A stretch of 64,000 nucleotides of DNA. It comes from Sedimentisphaerales bacterium. Lineage in GTDB: Bacteria > Planctomycetota > Phycisphaerae > Sedimentisphaerales > Anaerobacaceae. The notes beneath the pieces were generated by a model. That model searched no databases. It worked only from the letters and a program-made list of their open reading frames with translations, and was not told the origin of the DNA. Below are positions 9,086 to 19,115 of this stretch, piece after piece (within the stretch, counting starts at the first letter, position 1; each line of letters opens with the position of its first letter). Made by a program: the position numbers and the translations under genes. The stretch spans positions 2,351 to 66,350 of the forward strand of contig DAOVRL010000001.1 in assembly GCA_030628155.1 (NCBI GenBank), given 5' to 3'.

Positions 9086-9252
9086 TGCACTTTCCGCTGG
9101 GGGGTGCGGGGACGGGCATTTACGTTGATAATCCGGCGCCGGCACTGCTGAAAAAGGGACACGAGGTTAGGGTCCTGTGCAGCGACCATTTCCAACCGGA
9201 AAAGGAATTTGCAGTAGAGGCGGTCCTATTGACCAACGGAGATTGCTGTTGA
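9085..9252 (+). pseudogene. 55-codon remnant resembling the N-terminus of a GT4 (group 1) glycosyltransferase
   Basis: Hand translation: MHFPLGGAGTGIYVDNPAPALLKKGHEVRVLCSDHFQPEKEFAVEAVLLTNGDCC*. The GG.G..V ... GHEV.VL pattern is typical of GT4 N-termini. The ORF is below the track's size cut-off, and its ATG overlaps the stop of the upstream gene (TGATG). Confidence 0.35.
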
Positions 9253-9327
9253 TGTTGGGGTGGTGAGGGTGTATATTGTTGCTGCGTTAGTGCCGTTTCC
9301 AATGAATAAGTCTGACTTAGGGCTTGA

Positions 9328-11775
9328 ATGGGGGTTTTTATTGTGCGGTTAGTTAAGGTGATAATCAGTGCTGCCCTTTTGGGTGCGGTTATCGGCAGTG
9401 TGAATGCGGGACAGGCCGATCTCGACGATCTTGCGGAGTACTACGGGTTCGAGGAGATTGAGATAGTCAAGTTAGACTGGGGGATAATGGGCCTGCGGGT
9501 AGTCGATTTCAACGGGGACGGGCGAAATGATATTGCGGTGGTCAATAACCGAAAGGCCAAGATAGAGCTGCTGATTCAAAAAGAGGCGGTCGGGCCCGGT
9601 GAAACGGAAGTTGCGGTTGACCCGAACGACATCGACGTCAATGCACTGACCCCCCCTACCCGGTTTGCGAGGCAGAGTATCGCGGTTTCGCAGAAGATTT
9701 ACAGTCTTGTGTGCGGGGATTTGAATTCGGATGGGCTGACGGATTTGGCCTTTTATGGTGAGCCGAAGGGTCTCTACGTGATATTGCAAAAGGCGGGCGA
9801 GGGCGAGCCGGACAAGGCAAAATCATTGAGTTGGCGGACGAGAAAAAGAATCAAGATTGACGACGGTCTTGTGGTTTCCCGCGCGCTTGTATGTGCGGAC
9901 TTGAATAATGACGGTGCTGACGATCTGGCCCTGGCCGGTCGCGACAGCATATATATTATCCTTCAAAAAGAAAGCGGGTCTCTGGCCGAGCCGGTGAAAT
10001 ATCCGGTTTCGGCGCAGACGCTGAGCGTTCGTGCCGGGGACCTTAACGGCGACAATATAAATGACCTCATACTCGTTACAAGTGATATTGGCAAGCCGGT
10101 CCACGTGCGATTCGGGCTCGAGACGGGACAGTTGGGGCCTCAAGTGCAATTCTTTATTGAAAGGCCGTTTACGTTCGAGCTTGGCAATCTGGACGGCGAG
10201 GGCGGTGACGAAGTGCTGACTATTGAGGGGACGAGCGGACGACTGGTTTGTTATAAGTTTGCGAGCGAGAAAGGCCAAGAGGCCGACTGGCCGATTCTCT
10301 TTTATCCGCTTACATCGGGCGAGGGCAGTACGAAGCGCGACCTGGTGATTAGTGATTTCGACGGTGACGGGCTGGCGGACGTTGCGATAAGCGATCCCGG
10401 CGCAGCGGAACTTATTCTCTACAGGCAGGCCGAAGGGCTGGGACTGGCCGAGCCTGTGCGGTTTCCGGCGTTTGCCGATATTGTGAGTCTCTCGGCGGCG
10501 GATGTTGATAACGACGGCAAGAGCGAGCTTGGCATACTGAGCGTTAAGGAGAAGGTGATCGGTTTGAGCAGGTTCGAGGACGATAGATTATCGTTCCCGA
10601 AGCCTGTGGATTTGACGGGTGAGCCGCTGGCGATGGAGCTTGCCGACGTTGATGGTGATGAGATCGTTGATTGCATTTATGTATCGAAAGATGCTAACGG
10701 CGTGCGGTCTCTGCGGGTGTTTTATACTGTGGCGTTCTCGCTGGGGGTGGAGATCATCGGGCATAAGACCAGGAAGAAGGCAGCCTCCGACATCACGCTG
10801 GTGGGTGAAGTCGGAGGGGCTTTGGAGCTGAAGAAGCTTACGGCCAATCCGGACGGCCTGAAGGTGATGGACGTTGACCAGGATGGGCTGGAGGACGTTT
10901 TGATATTTGTGAGCTATGAGCTTCCTATATTGGTGCGGCAGGTGGAAAAGGGGAAATTTGAAATAGTGGAGTCTGGCAAGGCACAGGCGGGCCTGATTAA
11001 GAATGCGAATCTGCGATCGATTGGAACTGCGGACGTGGACGGCAAGGCGGGGAAAGAACTGTTGGTAGCGCAGAAGAATTTTGCAAGGAGCCTGGTTTTT
11101 TCGAAGGGCAAGAGCTGGCGCATCCTGGACCAGTATAATGCGAAGGGCAAAGAGAACGTGGTATCGGCGGTTGCCGCTTTTGATATCGGCGTGGAAGACG
11201 TGGGGGGTCGCCCTGCTATCGTGCTGTTAGACGGCCAGAAGGGTCAGCTTCAGATACTGCGGGCGGGGGAGGACAAGACTTACCGGTTTGAGAGGGAGCT
11301 TGAGGTGGGCAAGTGGAGCTCTGCGGCGCATCTAAAGATGGTGTTGGCGGCGCTTACCGGTAGCGAGGCCAAGAGTATTCTGCTATTCGACAGCGAGAAG
11401 TTTGCGCTTTTGACGCCGCCGAGCGGAGGTGAGGGGCCGGAGCATCTGGAGAGGCAGTTTAGCTATGAGACGAAGATAAAGGACGGCAGATACGGGAACC
11501 TCGGCGCCGGAGATATCAACTCCGACGATAGAACGGACCTTATTATGGTCGAATACCGGCGCAATCACTTCGAGATACTGGCGCTCGATTCGGGGCAAAA
11601 GCCGGTCCCGGCGATGCGCTTTAAGATATTCGAGCAGAAGAGTTACAGCCAAATCAGTGCTGCAAGAACCGGCGTTGAGCCGCGAGAGCTCCAAATCGTG
11701 GACGTTACAGCCGACGGCAAAGACGACTTAGTTACCATCATCCACGACCGTATAATCATCTATCCGCAAGATTAG
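9328..11775 (+). CDS. FG-GAP / VCBS repeat protein (integrin-alpha-like beta-propellers), secreted
   Basis: Signal peptide plus at least 11 D.(N/D).DG..D(L/I/V) Ca-binding-type repeats, for example DFNGDGRNDIAV, DLNSDGLTDLA, DFDGDGLADVAI and DVDNDGKSELG. Confidence 0.85.
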   Translation: MGVFIVRLVKVIISAALLGAVIGSVNAGQADLDDLAEYYGFEEIEIVKLDWGIMGLRVVDFNGDGRNDIAVVNNRKAKIELLIQKEAVGPGETEVAVDPNDIDVNALTPPTRFARQSIAVSQKIYSLVCGDLNSDGLTDLAFYGEPKGLYVILQKAGEGEPDKAKSLSWRTRKRIKIDDGLVVSRALVCADLNNDGADDLALAGRDSIYIILQKESGSLAEPVKYPVSAQTLSVRAGDLNGDNINDLILVTSDIGKPVHVRFGLETGQLGPQVQFFIERPFTFELGNLDGEGGDEVLTIEGTSGRLVCYKFASEKGQEADWPILFYPLTSGEGSTKRDLVISDFDGDGLADVAISDPGAAELILYRQAEGLGLAEPVRFPAFADIVSLSAADVDNDGKSELGILSVKEKVIGLSRFEDDRLSFPKPVDLTGEPLAMELADVDGDEIVDCIYVSKDANGVRSLRVFYTVAFSLGVEIIGHKTRKKAASDITLVGEVGGALELKKLTANPDGLKVMDVDQDGLEDVLIFVSYELPILVRQVEKGKFEIVESGKAQAGLIKNANLRSIGTADVDGKAGKELLVAQKNFARSLVFSKGKSWRILDQYNAKGKENVVSAVAAFDIGVEDVGGRPAIVLLDGQKGQLQILRAGEDKTYRFERELEVGKWSSAAHLKMVLAALTGSEAKSILLFDSEKFALLTPPSGGEGPEHLERQFSYETKIKDGRYGNLGAGDINSDDRTDLIMVEYRRNHFEILALDSGQKPVPAMRFKIFEQKSYSQISAARTGVEPRELQIVDVTADGKDDLVTIIHDRIIIYPQD

Positions 11776-12428
11776 TCGAGAAGCTTGACTCCGTTTGCCT
11801 TCGCCCAATCTCGAGCCAGGGACAAAAACCGGTCAACTTCCTTCGTACTCTCGACATCGACCTCGCCGGTTTTGACGTCCAAATCCGTAATTTTCTGTAT
11901 GCCCAGAATGAATCTTTTTTGCAGTCCACTCATATCGCTACCGCCGGGCATATCAATGCTCTTCTCCAACACATAAACCAGATACGGGAGGATAGCTTTG
12001 TCTTCGGCGCCTCGCTCGGCCCGATCGGCCACGAAACGAGCAGCCGAAAAGAGAACAAGCCCATCCTCATGACGAAGCCCTTCCCGTACGACTTCGGGGA
12101 CATCCAATTCAATAAATAACTCGATCGCGCTGAGGGCCGCCCGACTTCTCGAATCATGGGCACTCAACATCCCGTAGGCGCCCTTAAGCGCTTCCTTTGT
12201 CGAAGCCGTCTTTTCACCTTGCATGTGGCTTTCCATAAACCTTTCGAGTCGTTCCTGGAGCTCACTATCATTGCGTACCTTGGCTTCCAGCTCGTCCCAG
12301 TCCACCGGTAATTGGTCTACCGCTTTGAGAGCACGCACCCTCGTCTGCGCCGGTTTCTCAGCCTTTTGGCAGCCGTGCATCAAGAGAATAGCGGCTGCTA
12401 AAAGCAACATTAGAGTAATGCACCTCAT
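11772..12428 (-). CDS. hypothetical lipoprotein
   Basis: MRCITLMLLLAAAILLMHGC is a signal peptide with a lipobox Cys. The rest is helical and acidic with no family motif recognised. Confidence 0.55.
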   Translation of the reverse strand: MRCITLMLLLAAAILLMHGCQKAEKPAQTRVRALKAVDQLPVDWDELEAKVRNDSELQERLERFMESHMQGEKTASTKEALKGAYGMLSAHDSRSRAALSAIELFIELDVPEVVREGLRHEDGLVLFSAARFVADRAERGAEDKAILPYLVYVLEKSIDMPGGSDMSGLQKRFILGIQKITDLDVKTGEVDVESTKEVDRFLSLARDWAKANGVKLLD

Positions 12429-12577
12429 TTGTTTTCTCCTGTTTCAAGAACGAAATCCGTAATCAAAGTCGTCACCATCGAAATCCAAATCCCACGCTGG
12501 CTGGCTTGAAATGAATTCGCGTGCGCGTTGCTCGTACCTCCAGATCGAAGGCAGACTAAGTTTGGCTGTCCACCTGG

Positions 12578-13750
12578 GTGTATGTTACAGGATTTTTTCG
12601 ACGGGCAACCAGAAAAATGGAAGAATTTCAAAGATTTTTGGCCGGTTTTTTAGTGGTTTTGCGTGTTTTTGGGGATTATATTGCGGTTATGGTCAGGCAG
12701 AAGAAAGATGACGACATTTTAGAGCTGCTGCGAGACGAGGGCGCCGAGGCGGCGCGGAAGGCGCAGCGGGGACTGATATTGCAGCCTGGCGCCATTGGCG
12801 ATTCTATATTGACTCTGGCGTTGGCTGCGTTTATGAAGGATGCCCTCAGTCTGGGGGGGATCGATATGTTAGGGCATACCGAGTATATCGGGTTTCTGCC
12901 GGGCAGGAGCTGTATTGACGGGATCAGCTCGATAGATTCGATAGATTTGCACCGCTTGTTCGCGGAGAAAGAGGCGTTCGACCTTGCCGACCGTGACCCT
13001 TTGATAAGTGCTTTTACAGGGTATGCGTGGATCGCGACGTTCTTAGGTGAGCCGAACAGCAACTTCGAGCAGAACTTGATTTACACGGCCAATTGCAGCG
13101 GCAGCTCGGAGGTTATGACATTAGCCATGAAGGCGCCGCGAGATTTCGGGGGGCATCTGGCCGAGTTTTATGCACAGCAGTTCATCGCACAGAGCGGTTT
13201 ATCTTTAGAGCCCGAGCGGGTTCGGCTCGATGATTGTCTGATAAAGGCGACGCGGGCGGATGTGAAAAAGGGGCGGGAGCTGCTGAGAGAGGCGGGACTC
13301 GACCCTAATGGAAAGCCGGTGGTTATTCAGCCGGGCAGCGGTGGTTTGAAGAAGTGCTGGCACTTGGATAATTTCTTGGCTGTGGCCGGGGAGCTTGAAT
13401 CGAGAGGTGTAGAGGTGCTGTTCCTGTTGGGGCCTGCTGAGCTGGATAGATACAGCAAGAGTGTGACTAAGAAAATAAGCAGCTTTTCAACGTACCTTGC
13501 AGAGCTGTCTTTGGTGCAGGTATTGGGCCTTTTGAGCTGTGCCGGCGCGTTCATCGGCAATGACAGCGGGATAACACATTTGGCGGCGGGATTGGGAGTA
13601 AGGACGTTTGCACTGTTTGGTCCGACAAATCCCTCGACGTACCGGCCCATCGGGCCTGCGGTGGCCATTGTTAAGAACAGCCCCCGGAGCTTTGCCAAGA
13701 AGCCGTCGGTCAGGTCGCAGCGGAAGCTCGTTGAGGCCGTTTTGGGGTAA
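12578..13750 (+). CDS. glycosyltransferase family 9 (LPS heptosyltransferase-like)
   Basis: GT9 motifs: LILQPGAIGDSILTLALA ... VVIQPGSGGLKKCW ... GNDSGITHLAAGLGVRTFALFGPTNP. The start is uncertain, with in-frame ATGs at 12617 and 12689. Confidence 0.8.
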   Translation: MYVTGFFRRATRKMEEFQRFLAGFLVVLRVFGDYIAVMVRQKKDDDILELLRDEGAEAARKAQRGLILQPGAIGDSILTLALAAFMKDALSLGGIDMLGHTEYIGFLPGRSCIDGISSIDSIDLHRLFAEKEAFDLADRDPLISAFTGYAWIATFLGEPNSNFEQNLIYTANCSGSSEVMTLAMKAPRDFGGHLAEFYAQQFIAQSGLSLEPERVRLDDCLIKATRADVKKGRELLREAGLDPNGKPVVIQPGSGGLKKCWHLDNFLAVAGELESRGVEVLFLLGPAELDRYSKSVTKKISSFSTYLAELSLVQVLGLLSCAGAFIGNDSGITHLAAGLGVRTFALFGPTNPSTYRPIGPAVAIVKNSPRSFAKKPSVRSQRKLVEAVLG

Positions 13751-13930
13751 CAGGTGGGAGACGGAGATAGAGGGTTGGCGGTGCCGAGCGTAAAGAGGTA
13801 TCGTTGAGTTAGCAGAGGCTTGCAAAATGCTGCGGCGGCGGTGCGTAGCGGGGGTTTGGCGAATCTCAAGCAAGAAAGCGCAGAAATGCGTAAAATACCG
13901 TCAAGAAGGCACTTTTTACTGAAATTGGGC

Positions 13931-13958
13931 TTGACCGTGCTGAGAGGCTTGCTATAAT
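13931..13958 (+). promoter_or_regulatory. sigma-70-like promoter candidate upstream of lpxD
   Basis: TTGACC (13931-13936), a 16-nt spacer, then TATAAT (13953-13958), 70 nt upstream of the lpxD ATG. Confidence 0.5.
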
Positions 13959-14027
13959 TGTTTGTTTAGGGTAGTGTGGGTCGGCGAAGAGTATTTGATG
14001 TAAAAAGTTTTTGATAAAGGCGTTAAT

Positions 14028-15089
14028 ATGCAGGGAAAAAGTTTAGGTGAATTGGCTGAGTACGTGGGTGGACGTGTTTGCGGTAACGCGGATGTTCTGA
14101 TCAGGTCCGCCTCGACACTTGGGCGGGCGGAGGCAGGTGACATTAGCTTCCTGACGAACCGTAAATACGACAAGCAGTTGCGGACAACCAAGGCAAGCGC
14201 GGTGATTGTGGGCAAGGAAACACCAAGCGCCTCAGTTCCACTTTTGATAGCCGAGGATCCTTACTATGCTTTTATGCAGATTATGGTACTGCTGCACGGG
14301 CACCGGAAACACAAGAAGGTTGGCATAAGCTCGCGTTCTTCAATTTCGGACAGCGCGAAAGTCGGTGCGGAGTGTCATATTTATGACTTTGCCACAATAG
14401 CGGACGATGCAAGGATAGGAGACGGTTGTATAGTTTATCCCGGCGCGTACGTCGGCCAGGGTGTTCAGTTGGGCAATGACAGCATAATATATCCGAACGT
14501 GACGATTTACGACGGGTGCAAGATAGGAAATCGCGTAATCATCAATGCGAATTCGACAATCGGAGAGGACGGTTTCGGGTATGCGACCCACAAAGGGCTA
14601 CATCATAAGATACCACAGATTGGCACGGTGATAATAGAAGACGACGTGGAGATCGGCGCTTGCTGCGGGATCGAGCGAGGCACGCTGGGGGACACGGTAA
14701 TAGGTCAAGGCAGTAAGTTAGGCGATTTGATTGCGATAGGTCACGGCACAAAAATCGGGGCGCACAGTCTGCTTGTTGCTCAGGTAGGAGTGGCCGGCTC
14801 GACGACGCTCGGTCACCATTGTATCATCGGTGGTCAGGTCGGTATAGTCGGGCACATCAACATCGGCAACAACGTGACTATTGCGGCAAAGGCCGGTGTA
14901 ATCAACAATATTCCGGACGGAAAGGTAGTTTTGGGCGCCCCTGCTATCGAGGCCAACCAGGGCAGGCGAGCTTACGGTATGATCCAATACCTGCCTGAGA
15001 TGCGTCAAAGTATTCGGGACCTTGAGAATCGGATTGAGGCGTTTGGCTCACCGGCGGCGCCTGATATCGAGGCAGCGGCTGAGCAGTAG
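14028..15089 (+). CDS. lpxD: UDP-3-O-acylglucosamine N-acyltransferase
   Basis: Characteristic N-terminus (LGELAEYVGGRVCGNADVLIRSASTLGRAEAGDISFLTNRKY) followed by a long hexapeptide-repeat left-handed beta-helix. Confidence 0.95.
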   Translation: MQGKSLGELAEYVGGRVCGNADVLIRSASTLGRAEAGDISFLTNRKYDKQLRTTKASAVIVGKETPSASVPLLIAEDPYYAFMQIMVLLHGHRKHKKVGISSRSSISDSAKVGAECHIYDFATIADDARIGDGCIVYPGAYVGQGVQLGNDSIIYPNVTIYDGCKIGNRVIINANSTIGEDGFGYATHKGLHHKIPQIGTVIIEDDVEIGACCGIERGTLGDTVIGQGSKLGDLIAIGHGTKIGAHSLLVAQVGVAGSTTLGHHCIIGGQVGIVGHINIGNNVTIAAKAGVINNIPDGKVVLGAPAIEANQGRRAYGMIQYLPEMRQSIRDLENRIEAFGSPAAPDIEAAAEQ

Positions 15090-15091
15090 TT

Positions 15092-15928
15092 ATGAGTGAT
15101 TCAGATGTTCTTGGGTTAATCGCTGGTGCGGGCAGGCTGCCTTTTCTTGTAGCAGCGGGGGCTAAAGAGGCGGGACTAAGGGTAATCTGTGTGGGGTTAG
15201 GAGACAGCGCCGAGGCCGGTCTTGCCGATGAGGTGGATGTTTTCAGCAGAGCAGGGGTTGCGCGGCCCGGGGCGTGGATACGTAAGCTCAGGAGGCACGG
15301 GGTAACCAAGACGATTATGGTGGGGCGCGTTGCGAAGAGGCAGCTTTTCGCGTCCTTTCGTATCTTTCGATATCTGCCAGACTGGCGTGCTTTCCGGGTT
15401 TATTACTGGCGTCTTCGCGGCAAGAGCAGGGTTTCGTATTCGTTTCTGAGCGCGTTGGCGGACGAGCTGGCGAGCGGCGGAATAGTATTGGAGAATTCGA
15501 CTATGTATTGCAAAGAGCACCTTGCAACGACCGGGGTAATGACGGCGACTGATCCGCGTGCATCGACGCAGAGGGACGTTGACTTCGGATGGGACCTGGT
15601 TAAGAAGCTCGCCGATTTGGGCATAGGCCAGGCGATTGCGGTGAAGGAAAGAGAAGTGATCGCGGTGGAGGCGATAGAGGGGACGGCGGCGATGATTGAG
15701 CGAGCGGGCCGACTTTGCAAATCGCGAAGCTGGACTTTAGTGAAGGCGTCGAAGCCAAACCAGGATATGCGATTGGATGTACCGTGCGTGGGACCCGAGA
15801 CGATAAGGAGTTTGGCCGAGCACAGAGGCAAGTGCCTGGTTGTGGAGGCGGGCAAAACGATAATTATCGACAAACCCGAGACGATAAGACTTGCCAATCA
15901 ATTAGGTGTAGCGATTCTTGGGCGTTGA
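15092..15928 (+). CDS. lpxI: UDP-2,3-diacylglucosamine pyrophosphatase LpxI (DUF1009)
   Basis: LGLIAGAGRLPF ... GQAIAVKEREVIAVEAIEGTAAMIERAG ... LVKASKPNQDMRLDVPCVGPETI. It starts 2 nt after the lpxD stop. Confidence 0.85.
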   Translation: MSDSDVLGLIAGAGRLPFLVAAGAKEAGLRVICVGLGDSAEAGLADEVDVFSRAGVARPGAWIRKLRRHGVTKTIMVGRVAKRQLFASFRIFRYLPDWRAFRVYYWRLRGKSRVSYSFLSALADELASGGIVLENSTMYCKEHLATTGVMTATDPRASTQRDVDFGWDLVKKLADLGIGQAIAVKEREVIAVEAIEGTAAMIERAGRLCKSRSWTLVKASKPNQDMRLDVPCVGPETIRSLAEHRGKCLVVEAGKTIIIDKPETIRLANQLGVAILGR

Positions 15929-15948
15929 GAGAGTATAAGCCTCCTCAG

Positions 15949-17349
15949 ATGCCGATGACAGAGCGAAAGTGTATGGTTACATTTCCATTCGAGCTTTTGA
16001 TTGAACGCGTTCCATCAGAAAAACAGACGGAATCTTTGCTGTGCAAGGGGCATTTGCGAGTGATTCCGGGCAGGAGAGAGGTATATGACGCCCTATGGAA
16101 CGACAGGAGCGTGGTTGTGAAGGTGTTCTCACGCAAGATTAGCGCAAGGCGTCACCTTAGAAGAGAATGGGATGGTTTGCGTCTGCTTCAGAGCCGGGGT
16201 GTGAACACGCCGGACCCTTTGTTTTATGGACAAACGCAAGATGGGCGATGGGCGGTAGTAGTGGAGAAAATAGCTGGCTCATCAACGGTTTGGGATCTGT
16301 TTCACAAGACACAGGATCCGGTTAAGAAGGTGGGCTTGTTGATTCCGGTCTGTAAGGAGCTGGCGAAGCAACACGGCAAGGGGGTTTTGCAGAAAGATTT
16401 GCATTTGGGCAATTTTCTGCTGGACGGCGAGAGGATACTTGTGCTTGATCCTGGTCAAATGCGGTTCTTTGCGCAGCCGGTAACAAGGAAAAGAGGCATT
16501 TCGCAATTGGCGCTGCTGGTTCGCTGTCTGCCGGCCGACGACAGAGAGTCGATTTCGAAGGTCTGTGGGGAGTATTTTGAAGCCCGCGGCTGGCGTTTTA
16601 GGAAGTCAGATGAGACATTATTGCGAAAACAGATGACGATGCATGGAAAAAGAGGGACCAGGAGGGGTTTGAAAAAGTGCCTGCGAACAAGTAAGAGAAA
16701 CCTCCGAGTTAAGACCGATAGATACCTTGCTGTGTTTGAGAGAAGTTTTTGCCTCGGCGCCGAGCCGCTTGGTTTTATAGAACAAATAGATGCATTGATG
16801 GATGGTGGCGAGGTCCTTAAAGACGGCAATACCTGCTACGTATGCCGATTGACGTGGAACGGCAAGGACGTGGTGGTCAAGCGCTACAATCACAAGGGCG
16901 TTGTTCACTCGGTGCGTCATACGATCAAGAGGTCACGCGCCAGGCAGGGCTGGCTGCACGCTCAGCGGCTTGGGATGCTCCACATAGCTACACCGAGACC
17001 ATTGGCTTATATTGAGCAGCTCAAAGGATTGATTGTATGGAAATCTTATCTGGTAACTGAGCACGTCGAAGGGCAAAAGCTCGATTGTTTTCTGCGGGAT
17101 GAGAACATCAGCCAGGAGCAACGTTCAGATACGACCCGGCGGGTTATGGAACTGCTCGAGAAGCTGGGGAAATATCGCATCACTCACGGCGACTTGAAGC
17201 ATTCAAATCTCCTGATCACAGAGGACGGTCCCGTATTGATAGACCTCGACGCGATGGTAGTACATAAGATAGGCTGGATATCTGCCTGGAAGGGACGGAC
17301 GTACGTGAGCCGTTTCAAAGAAAGCCTTGAGGCCTCTCCTGTGTATTAG
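15949..17349 (+). CDS. tandem lipopolysaccharide kinase (Kdo/WaaP family) domains in one polypeptide
   Basis: The second domain has HGDLKHSNLLITEDGPVLIDLDAM. The first has a degenerate LQKDLHLGNFLLDGERILVLDPGQM. The track ORF begins at 15715 but overlaps lpxI out of frame; the first ATG after the lpxI stop is 15949. Confidence 0.75.
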   Translation: MPMTERKCMVTFPFELLIERVPSEKQTESLLCKGHLRVIPGRREVYDALWNDRSVVVKVFSRKISARRHLRREWDGLRLLQSRGVNTPDPLFYGQTQDGRWAVVVEKIAGSSTVWDLFHKTQDPVKKVGLLIPVCKELAKQHGKGVLQKDLHLGNFLLDGERILVLDPGQMRFFAQPVTRKRGISQLALLVRCLPADDRESISKVCGEYFEARGWRFRKSDETLLRKQMTMHGKRGTRRGLKKCLRTSKRNLRVKTDRYLAVFERSFCLGAEPLGFIEQIDALMDGGEVLKDGNTCYVCRLTWNGKDVVVKRYNHKGVVHSVRHTIKRSRARQGWLHAQRLGMLHIATPRPLAYIEQLKGLIVWKSYLVTEHVEGQKLDCFLRDENISQEQRSDTTRRVMELLEKLGKYRITHGDLKHSNLLITEDGPVLIDLDAMVVHKIGWISAWKGRTYVSRFKESLEASPVY

Positions 17350-17357
17350 CATTCTCA

Positions 17358-18152
17358 TCAGAGAATCTCAGAACAATCAGCAGGACCCCCTTCCCATATT
17401 TCCTTGCGGCATTTCCGGGCCAGAACCACCACGGTGTCCGCCCGTCGCAGCAAAGCAGCTATCCTGCTCAAAGGCGACACGGCTTTTTTCAGCAAAGATG
17501 ACCTCCTGAGGCGGTTGCGGTGGTCGGGATTGTAATTGTCGCCATAAACAAAATACTGTAGTGAACCTAAAATCCCTTTTGATGTTCTCTCATAGAACAC
17601 CTGCTGGACGGTAAGTCCTCCTTTTTCCAGCAGGTTTGTGACTGTTTTAGGAGTGTAAATGTAGAGGTGGCGTGGGCAGTCAAGATGATACCATTTCTCT
17701 TTGAACAGCCTGGCATTGAAGCTGCCAAAATTGGGCGTTTGTATTACACAGCAACCGTCGGGTTTTAGCAGATCCGAGAACTTCGCCAAAACTCTGGAAG
17801 GATTGTTTACATGCTCGAGGTAGGACCAAGCGGTTATTAGGTCAAAATAGCTATTTGGGAAAGGGGATTCGAAAACCGAGCCCGTAGATATGTCGAGGCC
17901 ATAGTCCTGGCTCGCAGTTTTCGCCGCGAGGCTCGAAACGTCTATCCCGTAAACTTCACAACCCGTCAAGAGCCTCATATCATTGAGAAAAGCCCCGCTC
18001 CCGCACCCGACATCCAACAATCGGCAGGCTGGTGATAGTCTCTTGTAGATAAGGCCAAGAACAGGTGCACCTCTTACCTTCCTCCTGAGTCGGCGCAAAT
18101 TCACTTTTTTGGGCCGCGGCTTTACATGATGTAATTGCTGATGAGATCGCAA
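17358..18152 (-). CDS. class I SAM-dependent methyltransferase
   Basis: SAM motif I (LLDVGCGSGAFL) and a post-I acidic residue. It overlaps the end of the upstream GT4 gene by 31 nt. Confidence 0.8.
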   Translation of the reverse strand: MRSHQQLHHVKPRPKKVNLRRLRRKVRGAPVLGLIYKRLSPACRLLDVGCGSGAFLNDMRLLTGCEVYGIDVSSLAAKTASQDYGLDISTGSVFESPFPNSYFDLITAWSYLEHVNNPSRVLAKFSDLLKPDGCCVIQTPNFGSFNARLFKEKWYHLDCPRHLYIYTPKTVTNLLEKGGLTVQQVFYERTSKGILGSLQYFVYGDNYNPDHRNRLRRSSLLKKAVSPLSRIAALLRRADTVVVLARKCRKEIWEGGPADCSEIL

Positions 18153-19105
18153 AGGCTTTTTCCTATGACAGCAACGTCAAAGTCCTTAACCATTGCCATT
18201 GCGGCCGAACCCATAGTCCGCCTCAAATCGGGCTTCTCTATCAACGTGCTTATACTGTCAATCCACTGCGACTTGTCTGTTGCGAGCAAACCGACGATGT
18301 TATCTTTAACGTACTCGGTGTTTACGCCGACCGGCGAGGCGATAACGGGCAGGCCGGCGGAGGCATACTGGAGGATCTTGAAGCCGCATTTGCCTCTTGT
18401 GAAGCGGTTGTCCGGCAAGGGCGCAAGGCCAATATCACTCGTGGCCAAATCAGTGCCCTGCGTCTGCTCGGACCAGAGGCGCTTTTCGACGGGCAAGCTC
18501 TGCAGGTCAAAAAAGTCATCGCATATTATTCTCAAGATGACGTTGTCGAAACGGGAGCCAATTTCTTCGAGAGCCGGTTTGATTTCAGCAAGGTACTTGA
18601 GCGTGCTTTGGCTGCCGATCCACACGAGCCGGATCTTTCCGTCGCTGTCGGGTTTGTATGGGAGTTTGTAGGCTTTTGTGTCTAAGCCTGTTGGCAGGAC
18701 TTCGACTGTTGTACTCAATCTGCGTGCGAGCTCAGCAAGGTAAGGGTTGCCGGCGATGACCAGGTCGGCCAGCTTGACGGTCAGGCGAAATCGAACGGAA
18801 TTGGAGAAGCTGTAACTCTGTGGTGCTCTGGGCTTGTACATCACGGCATCGTCAAAATCGTATATGATTTTGGCGGCGTGTCGGCGGAACACCGGGGCCT
18901 CGATGAGATTTAGCCTCCTTTTGTGCAGGAAGACGGCGTCAAAATCGGCGGCACGCATAAAGAGCTTTCGACGTGCTAAAAAGCCGGATGGCAACTTTGC
19001 TACTTCACAATCTATACCGTTCGCCCGCAGAGTATCAATATGAACTGCTATGCGCTGCCTGAAACTGGCCCGATCCGGATTGTTGCTGATGACGAGGAGC
19101 TTCAT
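18122..19105 (-). CDS. glycosyltransferase family 4 (group 1)
   Basis: MKLLVISNNPD start. The C-terminal part has the E-x7-E-type region GLAPLPDNRFTRGKCGFKILQYASAGLPVIASPVGVNTEYV. The track start at 19153 would overlap the upstream gene by 38 nt, so ATG 19105 is preferred. Confidence 0.85.
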   Translation of the reverse strand: MKLLVISNNPDRASFRQRIAVHIDTLRANGIDCEVAKLPSGFLARRKLFMRAADFDAVFLHKRRLNLIEAPVFRRHAAKIIYDFDDAVMYKPRAPQSYSFSNSVRFRLTVKLADLVIAGNPYLAELARRLSTTVEVLPTGLDTKAYKLPYKPDSDGKIRLVWIGSQSTLKYLAEIKPALEEIGSRFDNVILRIICDDFFDLQSLPVEKRLWSEQTQGTDLATSDIGLAPLPDNRFTRGKCGFKILQYASAGLPVIASPVGVNTEYVKDNIVGLLATDKSQWIDSISTLIEKPDLRRTMGSAAMAMVKDFDVAVIGKSLCDLISNYIM

Positions 19106-19115
19106 TTGGCGGACC

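Noticed and set aside
11772-11775. Convergent genes whose stop codons overlap (TTAG: TAG on the plus strand, TAA on the minus strand), with no room for a terminator.
   Set aside because: The overlap is real but common in compact genomes, and no further signal is attached to it.
15715-15948. The upstream extension of the kinase ORF listed in the track (start 15715).
   Set aside because: It overlaps the 3' third of lpxI in another frame. The first ATG after the lpxI stop (15949) gives a sensible N-terminus.
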